From the IMG/VR virus record IMGVR_UViG_3300044627_004557, positions 1 to 61,797 of that record: 61,797 bases of DNA. The stretch is one strand, 5' to 3'. Shown here piece by piece: positions 34,172 through 44,386 of this stretch (its first letter is position 1; each line of letters opens with the position of its first letter). The notes beneath the pieces are model-generated. The model was not told where the DNA came from. It saw only the letters and a program-made list of their open reading frames with translations, and searched no databases. The DNA comes from a virus (lineage: Duplodnaviria; Caudoviricetes). The position numbers and the translations under genes are program-made.

Positions 34172-34885
34172 ATGGCAAGTGCAATTCGCTTTACCGAGGT
34201 AATTAACAGCAATGGGAATGTTCCAACAGGAACTCCGGTTTCCCTTCGTGAGACGGCTATTTCCTCTGACGACTTTAAGTGGGCTTACTCCGGGGGAGGT
34301 AACAACCGGTACGTAGAGTTCTACGATGCGCAGATTGGTGCCAATCGGGTAGCGACCATCACCACGGCATCTTATACGGCCCTTACGAGCGTTTCGGGTA
34401 CACTCACCCAGGTAACAAGTACCGTCAGCGGTATTGGTAAATACGACGCTCCTGTCACGGGTGTTTCTACAGCCACAGGGTCTTTCATCGTCAACTTGGA
34501 GCACATCGCCATTGCCTACTTAACGGCAGCGGGTTCTTCCAATGTTCAGTATGTATTCAAGAACAAGTGCTTTGAGTTTGCCATTAACAGGACTCCGGCT
34601 CAACTTCGTACTGCCGCAATAACGAATAATGCAGTCAAGCTGATGTCCTTGGAGTTCCCACTTCTCTTTATGAGCAACAACCGGGTATTGAATGCGTCCA
34701 CATCCGGTGCATCTGGTTGCATTTTTGCTTTCTCAAAGCTGAAATCCGCAGGGGTTATTGCAGACGACCGTCGTTTTATTGACGCAGGAGTTACAGGCGT
34801 TGTCAGCGAGATTTATCTTGACACCCCAGATAGTTTAGTTTTGGCTACCACAACTCCTCTTACAACCATTATTCCCGGATTCTAA
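34172..34885 (+). CDS. Probable structural protein
   Basis: Thr/Ser/Ala/Gly-rich, under a late-type promoter. Confidence 0.6.
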   Translation: MASAIRFTEVINSNGNVPTGTPVSLRETAISSDDFKWAYSGGGNNRYVEFYDAQIGANRVATITTASYTALTSVSGTLTQVTSTVSGIGKYDAPVTGVSTATGSFIVNLEHIAIAYLTAAGSSNVQYVFKNKCFEFAINRTPAQLRTAAITNNAVKLMSLEFPLLFMSNNRVLNASTSGASGCIFAFSKLKSAGVIADDRRFIDAGVTGVVSEIYLDTPDSLVLATTTPLTTIIPGF

Positions 34886-35649
34886 TGAGTCAACTTTTTA
34901 ACTTTTCGTTTCAGACACTTGCTGGAGCCCCGGATTCTCCTGGAGCCATCAACAGGAATCAAGTGGTTTATGCGTATGCCACGCAGTCCACGAAGACTTT
35001 GTTGGTGTTCACGAACGGAGATTCAAGGATTGCCGACAACACATTGGCATCAATCAAGTCAATCTTTGGGTTGACATCTATTGGATCGCCAACAAATGTA
35101 AACGGGCAGGTCGTATCCCTTGGCGAGGTTTTCGTAAACCAAGACTACATAACGCAAGTTTTTGACAGAACGTCTTCTCGCATAGTTGAGATGAATCAAC
35201 CAGCTAGTTCACCGGTTATTTTTACAACAACGACTTCCCTCGCTGGCGTTGCAGGAAACTCTATTTTTGCGGAAAAAGGATACAAGGAATGGGTTGGAAC
35301 AATTGATGTAAACGGAACAAATGCGGCGACTGGAAACACGCTGTACAACACCATGGGCGTTTCACCAACCGTTACCACTGTTACAGGTGGAACGTTAAAT
35401 GGCACTTTATCAAATGTATACTGGAAGCTTGGCTTCCCGGGCGTTGTCACATCTGGAAACATAGCTACAAGCTCTGTTGCGAATATTACGGCTGGAAATC
35501 AAAACAGCCTAAACAGTACAACGATTCCTCGTTTGAGTTTAGGAACTTCCGAAGAGACTTCAAGTTTCGTCATCGCGACTTGGTCTACAAGCACAGCAAA
35601 TAGCGTAGTTACGAACAAGTTTTTAGTCTCAATTAAGTTTTTTGCTTAA
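34885..35649 (+). CDS. Probable structural protein
   Basis: Thr/Ser/Asn-rich; TAATG coupling to the previous gene. Confidence 0.6.
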   Translation: MSQLFNFSFQTLAGAPDSPGAINRNQVVYAYATQSTKTLLVFTNGDSRIADNTLASIKSIFGLTSIGSPTNVNGQVVSLGEVFVNQDYITQVFDRTSSRIVEMNQPASSPVIFTTTTSLAGVAGNSIFAEKGYKEWVGTIDVNGTNAATGNTLYNTMGVSPTVTTVTGGTLNGTLSNVYWKLGFPGVVTSGNIATSSVANITAGNQNSLNSTTIPRLSLGTSEETSSFVIATWSTSTANSVVTNKFLVSIKFFA

Positions 35650-35654
35650 AAGCA

Positions 35655-35679
35655 GAACTAAGGCAAAAAGCCTTGGTTA
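35655..35679 (+). promoter_or_regulatory. Putative ECF-sigma (late) promoter GAAC-N17-GTTA
   Basis: gaac taaggcaaaaagccttg gtta, heading the terminase-portal-capsid operon. Confidence 0.6.
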
Positions 35680-35686
35680 ACGTTGT

Positions 35687-36169
35687 ATGCTATTTAAAAT
35701 AAGTCAAGAGGATGTCTTTGATGACAATCCTCATTTGTCCATACTCACAGAGTTTAAGGGCATAACATCGGACGAGTTCAAGTTCGTAGCCTTGTACGCG
35801 GATTGGAAGTCCCCCTACAAGAATCTATCCCCCGAGGAGCGTTACCAAAAAGCACTCCTCAACGTGTCTTCAGTCCGCAAGGACAAGATCGGTAAGTACA
35901 TTGAAGCATACCACGACATGCAGGGCATTGGTTCGGAGAGAGAGTCCCTGGAGGCTCTGGAGGCAGCCCTGTCCGAAATACGCAAAAGACTCAAAGGTGC
36001 CCAAGGCTTAGAGGCCGACGAGATTAAGAAGCTTTCCGCATCGCTCATTGACCTGACCAAACAACGCAAAGCCATTGAAATCATGATTAACACGGAGATG
36101 AACATGGACATACAGAAGGATTCTTCGGCCGAGGACGAGATGTCCGCCATTGACAGCTTTCACGCATGA
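35687..36169 (+). CDS. Putative terminase small subunit
   Basis: Helical 160-aa ORF (FVALYADWKSPY..L...ER) directly upstream of, and overlapping, the large terminase. Confidence 0.55.
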   Translation: MLFKISQEDVFDDNPHLSILTEFKGITSDEFKFVALYADWKSPYKNLSPEERYQKALLNVSSVRKDKIGKYIEAYHDMQGIGSERESLEALEAALSEIRKRLKGAQGLEADEIKKLSASLIDLTKQRKAIEIMINTEMNMDIQKDSSAEDEMSAIDSFHA

Positions 36170-38052
36170 AGCAAAGCCTGGTTGATTACCTTTTCAACAG
36201 CGCCTTTGACGTCAACGAGAGGGTCAGGTACTACTTGGACAAGATTGGACAAATACAGATGTCCACTTACAAGCCCAAGAAGATGATTATTCCTTCGTTT
36301 TCCAGCCGGACCGAGCAGTCCAAATGGGAGAACGAACAGATACGCAGGACGAGGTTTGGGCATGATGGCATCTGCGGGATGATGTACATGTACACCTACT
36401 TCTGGAAGATGAAGTCCAAGAACGGGGGGCTTATTTCCCCGGAGTTTCGAAGGTGCAACGCGGAGTTCTTCAACCTTATTGAGTCTTGCCTGTACGGCGA
36501 GTCAAGCCTCTACCCGGACAATACCAGTAGTGGCGTCATCCTTGGTGGACGGCGCCGTTGGGGCAAGTCCTACAGCCTTGCCAACGCGATGTACTGCACG
36601 GCGATCCATAATCCCTATTCGGAGATTGGTTTCACATCCAAGTCAGAGGAGGACATGAAGAAGTTTATGAGCGACGTACTGAAGACCGGCTACAACAACC
36701 TGCCGTCTTTCCTGCGCGCTACATCTATGGCCGGTAACTCGGCATCGCGCCTAGAGTTCGCCAAGAAGATTCGCGACAAGGATGGCAACATCAAGAAGGT
36801 TGGGCTTAACTCGGTCATCTTTGGTCGTTCGCCTGAGCCAACGTCGTTTGAGGGATCCGGTATGCGCATGGTGGTGTACGAGGAGCCCGGTAAGTGGGAC
36901 CCAGGTCAGCTCAAGCAGAATTGGTCCTATACAGAGCCGGCTTTGGCAGCGGATGACGGTATTACCCGGAAGGGCGTTCCCATCCTGGCCGGTACGGCGG
37001 GAGATGCTGCAGAGAATGGCGATGACTTCAAGGACTTTTGGTACAACGCGGAGGGCTACGGCCTTATCCGCTACTTTGCTGCCGGCTGGAGCGGGTTCAT
37101 GATTGACAACGAGCTAGGCAACGAGAACGTCATTGAGGGGCTGAAATACATCCTTAGTGAGCGTGAGAAGAAGCGTAAGCAGTCCATGAAGCGGTATTAC
37201 GACTTTATCGTTCAGTACCCCTTGGAGGCTGAGGAAATGTTCATCCAGGTGGGTGATTCGCCTTTTGACGTGGAGTTGATTAACAACCGGATCGCGCACT
37301 TGGACACCCATCCACCCAAGATGAAGAGGGGTCTGTTCCGTAAATCCAACGACAAGGTGGTATTCATTCCCAAGGAAGACGGGGACGTCATCATGTTGGA
37401 GGAACCCTCTGACGACGTTCAGTATGCCGCCGGGTGTGACCCGACGGATGGCGCCAAGAAAGAAGGCATTGGCTCGGACCTGTCGTTCTTTATCGCGAAG
37501 GGGCTGCACTTGGGGGAAGAAGAGACGCACAGCGGTGGTGCCGTATTGCAGTATACAGCCAAGCCCAAGGACATGAACGAGGCTTACGAGCAATGCGCCC
37601 TGGCGGTGGAGTACTACAGCAAGAAGAACACCTGCACGGTGTTGATTGAAAGAAACAGAGCCCGAATGATATCCTACTTCCAGGATAGGGACTTGACGAA
37701 GTTTCTGGCGAAAAAGCCACCCAAGATTGGCAAATTAGCCAGACCGGGGAATGTCATAGAATACGGGGTCTACATGGACGAAATGGTTAAGGATCAGATG
37801 ATTGGCGTTATTGACGATGACTTGACATCCAACATTGAACACTACCAATACTCTGATTTGCTGTCGGATTTGGCCAATTACAACCCAGAAAACAAAAAAA
37901 GAAAATATGACCGAGTAGATGCTTGGGGTCTTACCTTGATTAATTTACGAACGGTAGCCAAAAGTCGTTTGTTAAGAAAAGAGACAAGCAATGACCTATT
38001 CAAGGGATTTGACTATGTTTTCAGTAAGGAGGGAAAACTACAACGTAAATGA
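36166..38052 (+). CDS. terL: Terminase large subunit
   Basis: Walker A GGRRRWGKSY, Walker B MVVYEEPG, GTAG, and RNase H-like nuclease YAAGCDP..LIERN..DRVDA. Confidence 0.9.
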   Translation: MKQSLVDYLFNSAFDVNERVRYYLDKIGQIQMSTYKPKKMIIPSFSSRTEQSKWENEQIRRTRFGHDGICGMMYMYTYFWKMKSKNGGLISPEFRRCNAEFFNLIESCLYGESSLYPDNTSSGVILGGRRRWGKSYSLANAMYCTAIHNPYSEIGFTSKSEEDMKKFMSDVLKTGYNNLPSFLRATSMAGNSASRLEFAKKIRDKDGNIKKVGLNSVIFGRSPEPTSFEGSGMRMVVYEEPGKWDPGQLKQNWSYTEPALAADDGITRKGVPILAGTAGDAAENGDDFKDFWYNAEGYGLIRYFAAGWSGFMIDNELGNENVIEGLKYILSEREKKRKQSMKRYYDFIVQYPLEAEEMFIQVGDSPFDVELINNRIAHLDTHPPKMKRGLFRKSNDKVVFIPKEDGDVIMLEEPSDDVQYAAGCDPTDGAKKEGIGSDLSFFIAKGLHLGEEETHSGGAVLQYTAKPKDMNEAYEQCALAVEYYSKKNTCTVLIERNRARMISYFQDRDLTKFLAKKPPKIGKLARPGNVIEYGVYMDEMVKDQMIGVIDDDLTSNIEHYQYSDLLSDLANYNPENKKRKYDRVDAWGLTLINLRTVAKSRLLRKETSNDLFKGFDYVFSKEGKLQRK

Positions 38053-40274
38053 GCGCTACCGCAATACAAACAACTTTCCCCAATATGTGGGTCCAAGACT
38101 CGCAGAAGGGGGAAGATTATCACAAGCAAGCCATCTTGGCTATTCTTGGGCAGACGGTGGCGAACGGTTACATTCCCAACCTTTACACAGCCATGGACCG
38201 GTCTATGAACTTCTACAATGGAGACTACGACCTTTCCAAGAAGTTTGACTTCCTGCAGAAGGATTACAACGGCCGAAGTCTTCCGGCATTGTGGATTAAC
38301 TTCAACAAGATCCGCAACAAGGTCAACCTCCTAGAAGGGGAGGTGGCTATTCAGAAGCTGGACGTATCGTGTAAGACACTAAATCGTGATGCTGTATCTA
38401 GGAAGATGAAGAAGAAATCTTCCATTGTAGCACAAAAGATTATGATGTCTGTCATTCCAAAGATTGACCCGACAGGCGAACTTATTGAGATGAAAGAGCC
38501 GGATTTTATTCCGTACTCTGAAGAAGAATTGGACCTCTACATGCGTTCCTCTTACAAGGAACCCATTGAGCGCACCATGGACTCCATCTTGCGCTATGAG
38601 ATTGAGAGGGATAAATACGTGCAGACCAGGCTTGCCTTTTGGAGGGACATCCTGATAACCGGCCGGGCTATTGGTAAGCACGAGCTCAAGTATGGAAAGC
38701 CGCACATCCGTCGTGTGGACCCGCGCTATGTCATCGTGGATCCTTACGTCTTTGACGACAGCTTTAGCACATCGGCATTTATTGGAGAATGGCGCTACGC
38801 TCCGGTTACGGAGGTCTGCGACACCTATGGCTTGACGCTTGAGGAGTTGAATACGATAAGGTACGACCAAGGTTCTTGGCTATGGGGCGGTTATTCGCAG
38901 AACGGAACGAACTTCTTGTTGCCTTACATCACCGTGAACAATCAGTTTATGTGCTTGGTGTTTTACGCGGAGTGGAGGGACATTCGCCAGGTACGCGCCA
39001 AGGTAACCGTGGACCAATATGGCGGTGAGCATGTCAAGATCCTCGGGAAAGACGAAAGACCAAAGTTGACGGAAAAGGAGAAGGAGAATGGAGGACGCAT
39101 TGAAACAAGGAATGTTGAGACAATTCGCAAGGCGACCCTTGTGGGGTCTAGCATTGTGAAGGAATGGGGCGAGATGAATAACATCGTTAGGGATAGCGTC
39201 GACAATCCGGTGAAAGCCGAGTACAGTTACACGATTATCTCCCCGCAGTACACCAACTTTAGGACTGTGTCCAAGGTTGAGGAGATGTCCGCTCTGCAGG
39301 AGTTCAAGGACCTAATTATGTACACCGTGCAACAAGAGATGTCCACGGCAGGGCGTAAAGGTTTTGTCTACGATCTTCGCTACAAGCCAGACAACCTGCA
39401 ATTGCAGGATGTGATGTACTACCTAAAGACATCCGGTATTGCCTTTACGAGTAGCGGGCAGGAAGCGGTACCGCCCAATGGTAACCCATTCCCAAGCATT
39501 GACACAGGTATCTCCAATTCAATTAACCTATACCTCAACTTGGCGTCATACATCGATATGGAGATCGACAAGATTTCTGGAATCAACGACGCTCGCCAAG
39601 GCTTTCAAAAAGGGGATTCTCTTGTTGGAGTGAATCAGATGGCGGTTATGCAAAGCAGTCTTATTACTCAGCCGTTGAACAAAGCGTTTGAGATTTTTGA
39701 GAATGAATTATTGCAGAAATACGCCAACTACATTAAGACGATTTTCCCATTCTTAAAAGAACAATATGAGCCAATTGTCTCGCAAATCGGCATTGACCTT
39801 ATGGAGATTGATGAAGATGTACCTCTTCAGGATTATGGTATTTTTATCAAGGTTAACTCCGATGATATTATGAACAATAGGCCGAAGTTCGAGCAACTTG
39901 TTAGTTCCGCCGTACAGGCTAACAGCCTAAGTATTTCCGAGGCTATGGTTCTTTTATTCAATCCAGACACCAAAGAGGGCGTCAAGAAGTTCCTTGCACT
40001 CCAAGACCGAAAAGCATCTCAAGCGGAACAATCGCAAGAACAGCAAATGATGATGCAACAACAGATGGCTCAACAGCAAATCATTGGAGATACTGAGAAA
40101 CAAATTCAAGTTGATAGGGCTCGTTCCGAGAACAAAGGACAACTCCAAATGTTAAGGGAGGAGTTAAAGAATCGTACGATGGAGCAACAAACTCAACTTG
40201 ATATGCTCAAAAAAGAGCAAGAACAGAACTTCAACCTCATCATTGAGGCATTAAAAGAACAAAAAACCCAATAA
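38049..40274 (+). CDS. Portal protein
   Basis: Follows terL; INFNKIRNKVNLLEGE, RRVDP, ISGINDARQG, Q-rich C-terminal coiled coil (barrel). Confidence 0.85.
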   Translation: MSATAIQTTFPNMWVQDSQKGEDYHKQAILAILGQTVANGYIPNLYTAMDRSMNFYNGDYDLSKKFDFLQKDYNGRSLPALWINFNKIRNKVNLLEGEVAIQKLDVSCKTLNRDAVSRKMKKKSSIVAQKIMMSVIPKIDPTGELIEMKEPDFIPYSEEELDLYMRSSYKEPIERTMDSILRYEIERDKYVQTRLAFWRDILITGRAIGKHELKYGKPHIRRVDPRYVIVDPYVFDDSFSTSAFIGEWRYAPVTEVCDTYGLTLEELNTIRYDQGSWLWGGYSQNGTNFLLPYITVNNQFMCLVFYAEWRDIRQVRAKVTVDQYGGEHVKILGKDERPKLTEKEKENGGRIETRNVETIRKATLVGSSIVKEWGEMNNIVRDSVDNPVKAEYSYTIISPQYTNFRTVSKVEEMSALQEFKDLIMYTVQQEMSTAGRKGFVYDLRYKPDNLQLQDVMYYLKTSGIAFTSSGQEAVPPNGNPFPSIDTGISNSINLYLNLASYIDMEIDKISGINDARQGFQKGDSLVGVNQMAVMQSSLITQPLNKAFEIFENELLQKYANYIKTIFPFLKEQYEPIVSQIGIDLMEIDEDVPLQDYGIFIKVNSDDIMNNRPKFEQLVSSAVQANSLSISEAMVLLFNPDTKEGVKKFLALQDRKASQAEQSQEQQMMMQQQMAQQQIIGDTEKQIQVDRARSENKGQLQMLREELKNRTMEQQTQLDMLKKEQEQNFNLIIEALKEQKTQ

Positions 40275-40276
40275 AC

Positions 40277-41413
40277 ATGTCAGAAGATTTAGATTTGCTA
40301 GCCCTTCAGAAACTGACGGGCGAGGCGGAATCTCATTCGCCCATAGGCGATGAGAACGAACAAGCGGCACTAAACGCCCTTAATGGTCAGCCAGAGGCGC
40401 CTCCACAGCCTGTGGCACAAACTCCCGAAGCTCCGGCAGAAACTGCCCAAGACTTGGAGGAAGAGGCAGATGTTGATGATACTGCAAACGAAACGGGTGC
40501 AGAAAATGTTAATGCAGATGAGAACCCTAACACGGACCTCAATTTCGACATTGATTTGGACGAAGGCGTTGAAGTACCTGCTGCGGATGATTTCGTAACA
40601 AAGTACAAAAACGAGTTTGCGGACCTTGGACTTGAGGGAGTTAACACCTCCCAGGATTTTGTAGAAAAGTTCAAGAGCCTAAAACAGGAGTTGGAGGAAA
40701 CGAAAGAATCCACCAAGACCGTATTCGCCAGTGATATGATCCGAGAGGCGAATGAGATCATGAAGCAGGGAGGCGACTGGCTGAGTTATTTAGGCTTGTC
40801 TACTCTTGATTACGACTCAGTTCCAGATGTGGACCTTTTGTCGTATGAGCTTAAATCCGACTTTGATACAAAGGAGGAACTTGATGAGTACATTGCCTCC
40901 CTTGACGAGACCCAAATTCGCCTTAATGCGAAGAGGATACGAAAGGACTTGAAGTTGCAGCAGGAAGTTCAGAAGCAACAGGTTGCTTTACAAGCGCAGG
41001 AGCATCAGCGTGTTTACGATGATAACCTTCGCAAGGCAATCAATAGCATCGAAAAGGTGGACAGGGTCAAGGTCAAAGACCAAGACCGGGCAAGCATTCA
41101 AAAGATGCTCACCACTTACAACGATAAGGCTAAGGCAACTGAGTTCCAGATCAAGCACTTCCTGAAGCCTAATGGAGAACCGGATTTCCAAAAGATGGTG
41201 CAAAGCGCCTACAAATTGGAAATGTTCGACAAGGTACTTGAGTACGCTACTCGTAGCGCCAAGAATTCAGGAAAAGCCGCTGTGATTCAAAACCTGTCCA
41301 ACGTAGAGAGACCGAAGGCAACAAATATCGCCGAGGCTACTCCACGAAAGGCTTTGTCTACTGTTGAATCCGAAGTTGAAAGGTTGAGAAAGGGTGAAAA
41401 ACCTTTGTTCTAA
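40277..41413 (+). CDS. Capsid scaffolding protein
   Basis: Acidic, coiled-coil, between portal and MCP. Confidence 0.7.
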   Translation: MSEDLDLLALQKLTGEAESHSPIGDENEQAALNALNGQPEAPPQPVAQTPEAPAETAQDLEEEADVDDTANETGAENVNADENPNTDLNFDIDLDEGVEVPAADDFVTKYKNEFADLGLEGVNTSQDFVEKFKSLKQELEETKESTKTVFASDMIREANEIMKQGGDWLSYLGLSTLDYDSVPDVDLLSYELKSDFDTKEELDEYIASLDETQIRLNAKRIRKDLKLQQEVQKQQVALQAQEHQRVYDDNLRKAINSIEKVDRVKVKDQDRASIQKMLTTYNDKAKATEFQIKHFLKPNGEPDFQKMVQSAYKLEMFDKVLEYATRSAKNSGKAAVIQNLSNVERPKATNIAEATPRKALSTVESEVERLRKGEKPLF

Positions 41414-41431
41414 ACTTAAATAAACAAAAAA

Positions 41432-42805
41432 ATGGCTTACATTAATACAATCAATCCAAACAATGCTGCTCCCAATACCATCAGAACTGGCAGTGTGGAT
41501 AGCACCTACGTTTTTGGCGGAATCCAAAAACCCGATTTCAGCGACTACATCACGTATCGCTTCCCTCAGTACACCATCACAACTCTTTTGAGCCGTATCG
41601 GCCGTAAGAACCCTGTCGTTGGTAACGACGTTTTCAACTGGTTTGAAAAAGGCAAGTTCCGCCAATCAGTCGCTGTATCTGCGGTAACAAGTACTACTAG
41701 TGGCGATACGGCTGGAACAGTTGCGTTTGCAGGTGGATCAACCATTCAGGCTACATTTTTAGTCGGCGATGTTATTCGTTTTGAAAACGATGCTTACGCG
41801 GTTGTAACGGCAACTACTGGCGCTACTGGGTCAACTTCATCCGGAACTCTTGGTCTCAACGCTCTTGGAGCAAACTTTGGGTCAGCTATTACGGTCGGGA
41901 TGAAATTTGCTCACTTGTACAATTTACAGGCCGAATATTCCGACAGCCCATCCGGTCGTGTATGGCAAGAAAACCAGGTCAGCGAGTACCTAGGCATCCT
42001 TCGTCGTTCTGTGGTTTGTTCTACAACTCAAGGATCTAACCTCAAGTACGTAAAGAAGTCTGACAGCGAGTGGTCTTACTACTACATCAACGAGATGGAA
42101 ACCATGCAAGAGATGGCTATGGACCGCGAGATGTACATCTTGGCCGCAAAGTCAAACGGATCAGCTACAACCGGTAACGTAATGTCTGGCCGCCTTGGCG
42201 GTAACGGTATCTTGCAGCGTGTGATCACTAACGGTGTTGTAGGGACCTACTCTTCAGCTATTGCCGAGACTGACTTAGCCGAGCAAGTTCGCTTGATGTG
42301 CCTGAACAGCAGCGGAAATGAGTTCACCGTCCTTTGCGGTAGCTCTGCCTATGCCGACGCCCAGTTCGCTCTCCGCGACTACACCTTGAACGGTGGCATC
42401 AGCTTTGGTGTGTTCTCCGGCGATGGTATCATGACCGGTTTGAACATCACCAAGTACAAGTTCATGGACAAGATCTTGAACTTCGTTTTGTACTACCCAT
42501 TCGCCAACGAGGCCCTGTTCCCTGCTCCTGCCACTTCCGGCATCAACTGGGATAAAGCCATGTTGTTCTTGAACATGGGTACCGACGATCGTGGCAACCC
42601 GCTCATCAACTTGCGCTATAAGCAAGACCTGTTGGGCCAAAGCCTTGAGTTCCGTCGCACCGTCCAAGAGGGTATCACTACCCCAGAGGCCGGTTCCGGA
42701 GCCGCTCGTGCTAACGGTAAAGATGGATTCACAGTAGACTTCTACTCTTCCATCGGTGTTGAATTGCGCGCAGCCAACAACCACGGCTTGTTGTACGCAG
42801 CGTAA
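41432..42805 (+). CDS. Major capsid protein
   Basis: Position; 457 aa; biased codon usage; GNGILQRV and GVELRAANNHGLL; strong terminator follows. Confidence 0.85.
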   Translation: MAYINTINPNNAAPNTIRTGSVDSTYVFGGIQKPDFSDYITYRFPQYTITTLLSRIGRKNPVVGNDVFNWFEKGKFRQSVAVSAVTSTTSGDTAGTVAFAGGSTIQATFLVGDVIRFENDAYAVVTATTGATGSTSSGTLGLNALGANFGSAITVGMKFAHLYNLQAEYSDSPSGRVWQENQVSEYLGILRRSVVCSTTQGSNLKYVKKSDSEWSYYYINEMETMQEMAMDREMYILAAKSNGSATTGNVMSGRLGGNGILQRVITNGVVGTYSSAIAETDLAEQVRLMCLNSSGNEFTVLCGSSAYADAQFALRDYTLNGGISFGVFSGDGIMTGLNITKYKFMDKILNFVLYYPFANEALFPAPATSGINWDKAMLFLNMGTDDRGNPLINLRYKQDLLGQSLEFRRTVQEGITTPEAGSGAARANGKDGFTVDFYSSIGVELRAANNHGLLYAA

Positions 42806-42826
42806 TCCCTCTTAACTGAGGAAACG

Positions 42827-42860
42827 AAGCCCTCGCCCACAAGGCGGGGGCTTTTGTTTT
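42827..42860 (+). terminator. Intrinsic terminator after MCP
   Basis: aagccctcgcc-caca-aggcgggggcttttgtttt. Confidence 0.85.
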
Positions 42861-42861
42861 G

Positions 42862-42886
42862 GAACTGAACGAAATTTTATGTGTTA
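42862..42886 (+). promoter_or_regulatory. Putative ECF-sigma (late) promoter GAAC-N17-GTTA
   Basis: Immediately after the MCP terminator, upstream of the ATG at 42909. Confidence 0.65.
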
Positions 42887-42908
42887 TAGTGTCATAAATT
42901 TTTAAAAA

Positions 42909-43712
42909 ATGCCAGTTAAACAAAGCGACTTTGAGTTCTTTCTTTTGCAGTCCGGCAATGGGAGCACTTTCCATTTTTCGGAATACAAGACCTTGGATGG
43001 TGTAGTCCATAGACTAACGGAAACGATTTTACCTGATGGCCGGACTCGTTATAAGCGGTTTCACTTTAATGTAGGTGAGCCTATGGTCGTGCATAAGTCA
43101 AACAAAGAGTTGCTTGATTTTTTGACAAATCATCCAAACAACCCGGAATCTCCATGGTTTAATGGAAACGCTTTATTCAAAAGGCTACAGCCAGAAGTTG
43201 AGTCAAAGTTACGTATTGAGGACAAACTCCTAAATGCAAAGGCAATCACATTAGCCTCTGAACTGAAAGGAAGAAGGCTTCTTGAGGTCGCATCGCTATG
43301 TGGGATGTTCTACGATGAGGAAGATGAAATCATCGCATTTGAAAATGTTTTGACTTACGCAGAGCGCAATCCAAAACAGTTCCTAAAGATTTACGCAATT
43401 CCTAATCGTGAGGCCCGAATGCGTCACTTGGTCCGAACCGCCATTGGGCGAGGAGTTATCACAACAAACGATGGCGTATATCGCTTTGGTAGCTACACCT
43501 TGGGCGTTGACGAAGACTCAACCATTGGGAAAATTGTAAACGAGAAGGAAGTCCTTGAGATGATTGAGAGCCGTCTTGGATTCTTGGAATCCGACAGGGA
43601 GTCAAAGGCTGAGAAGCCTGCTCCAAGCGTTGCCCCGGAGCCTGTGCAGGAAGAGCCAGAGATCACCATGGCCGATATCAACAAGTACGCCAGGAACAGG
43701 AAGCCCCAATAA
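42909..43712 (+). CDS. Conserved post-capsid protein (crAss-like gene-75 position)
   Basis: FLTNHP.N, AERNPKQFL, AIGRGVI..Y.FG..LG; position after MCP. Confidence 0.6.
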   Translation: MPVKQSDFEFFLLQSGNGSTFHFSEYKTLDGVVHRLTETILPDGRTRYKRFHFNVGEPMVVHKSNKELLDFLTNHPNNPESPWFNGNALFKRLQPEVESKLRIEDKLLNAKAITLASELKGRRLLEVASLCGMFYDEEDEIIAFENVLTYAERNPKQFLKIYAIPNREARMRHLVRTAIGRGVITTNDGVYRFGSYTLGVDEDSTIGKIVNEKEVLEMIESRLGFLESDRESKAEKPAPSVAPEPVQEEPEITMADINKYARNRKPQ

Positions 43713-43724
43713 GGAGCACAAGTA

Positions 43725-44291
43725 ATGCCATCAACATTTACAGATACAGAGCTACGCATCTTGAGGTACCAAAAAAGGTACCCAGATGCTAGTCCTGTTG
43801 AAATAGCGGCGAATATCGGATCTTCGTCCGATAGGGTGTCCGCGTTTTTGGCTACTCAGGCGTCACAAGTTCCTGTTCCGCAAGTGCAGCTTGATGAAAT
43901 AGAGACGGCCTACATTGAGCAAAACGATTTGATTCTGCGATTTGTCAGCGGCCGATTGGTCAATGCCGGCAGGGTTGTTGGCAGCAATGGTGCTACTGGA
44001 CCTGCGGGTCCAACCGGAGCATCCGGAAGTACGGGACCACAAGGACCAACGGGACCACAAGGCCCACAAGGGATACAGGGATTCCCTGGAGACTTGGGGC
44101 CTCCTGGTGAGGTAGGTCCACAAGGCCCACAAGGTGCAACAGGACCTGCGGGTCCTGGGTTCAGCAATGGAGATGCCAAGGGAGACATCAAGTACTGGGA
44201 TGGGTCTTCTTGGAAGAACTTACCCATAGGAACAAACGGTCAAGTGCTGACCGTTGGCGAAAACGATGAGTTAGAGTGGACCGATAAGTAA
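43725..44291 (+). CDS. Collagen-repeat fibre protein with HTH-like N-terminus
   Basis: 20 G-X-Y triplets; C-terminal [23 protein letters not shown]. Confidence 0.75.
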   Translation: MPSTFTDTELRILRYQKRYPDASPVEIAANIGSSSDRVSAFLATQASQVPVPQVQLDEIETAYIEQNDLILRFVSGRLVNAGRVVGSNGATGPAGPTGASGSTGPQGPTGPQGPQGIQGFPGDLGPPGEVGPQGPQGATGPAGPGFSNGDAKGDIKYWDGSSWKNLPIGTNGQVLTVGENDELEWTDK

Positions 44292-44312
44292 AGGATTTCT
44301 AGTTGGTTGGTT

Positions 44313-44339
44313 AAGGGAGCTTCGGCTCCCTTTTCTTTT
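44313..44339 (+). terminator. Intrinsic terminator
   Basis: aagggagc-ttcg-gctcccttttctttt. Confidence 0.9.
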
Positions 44340-44365
44340 GAACCCGTGTGTTGGATTGTTTGTTA
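44340..44365 (+). promoter_or_regulatory. Putative ECF-sigma (late) promoter GAAC-N18-GTTA
   Basis: Immediately after the terminator, upstream of the ATG at 44387. Confidence 0.6.
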
Positions 44366-44386
44366 AATGAAAGATAGAGGTATAAA

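Noticed and set aside
36166-42805. Inteins or self-splicing introns in terminase, portal or capsid genes
   Set aside because: The ORFs are continuous and of ordinary length, and I saw no splice-junction or LAGLIDADG motifs.
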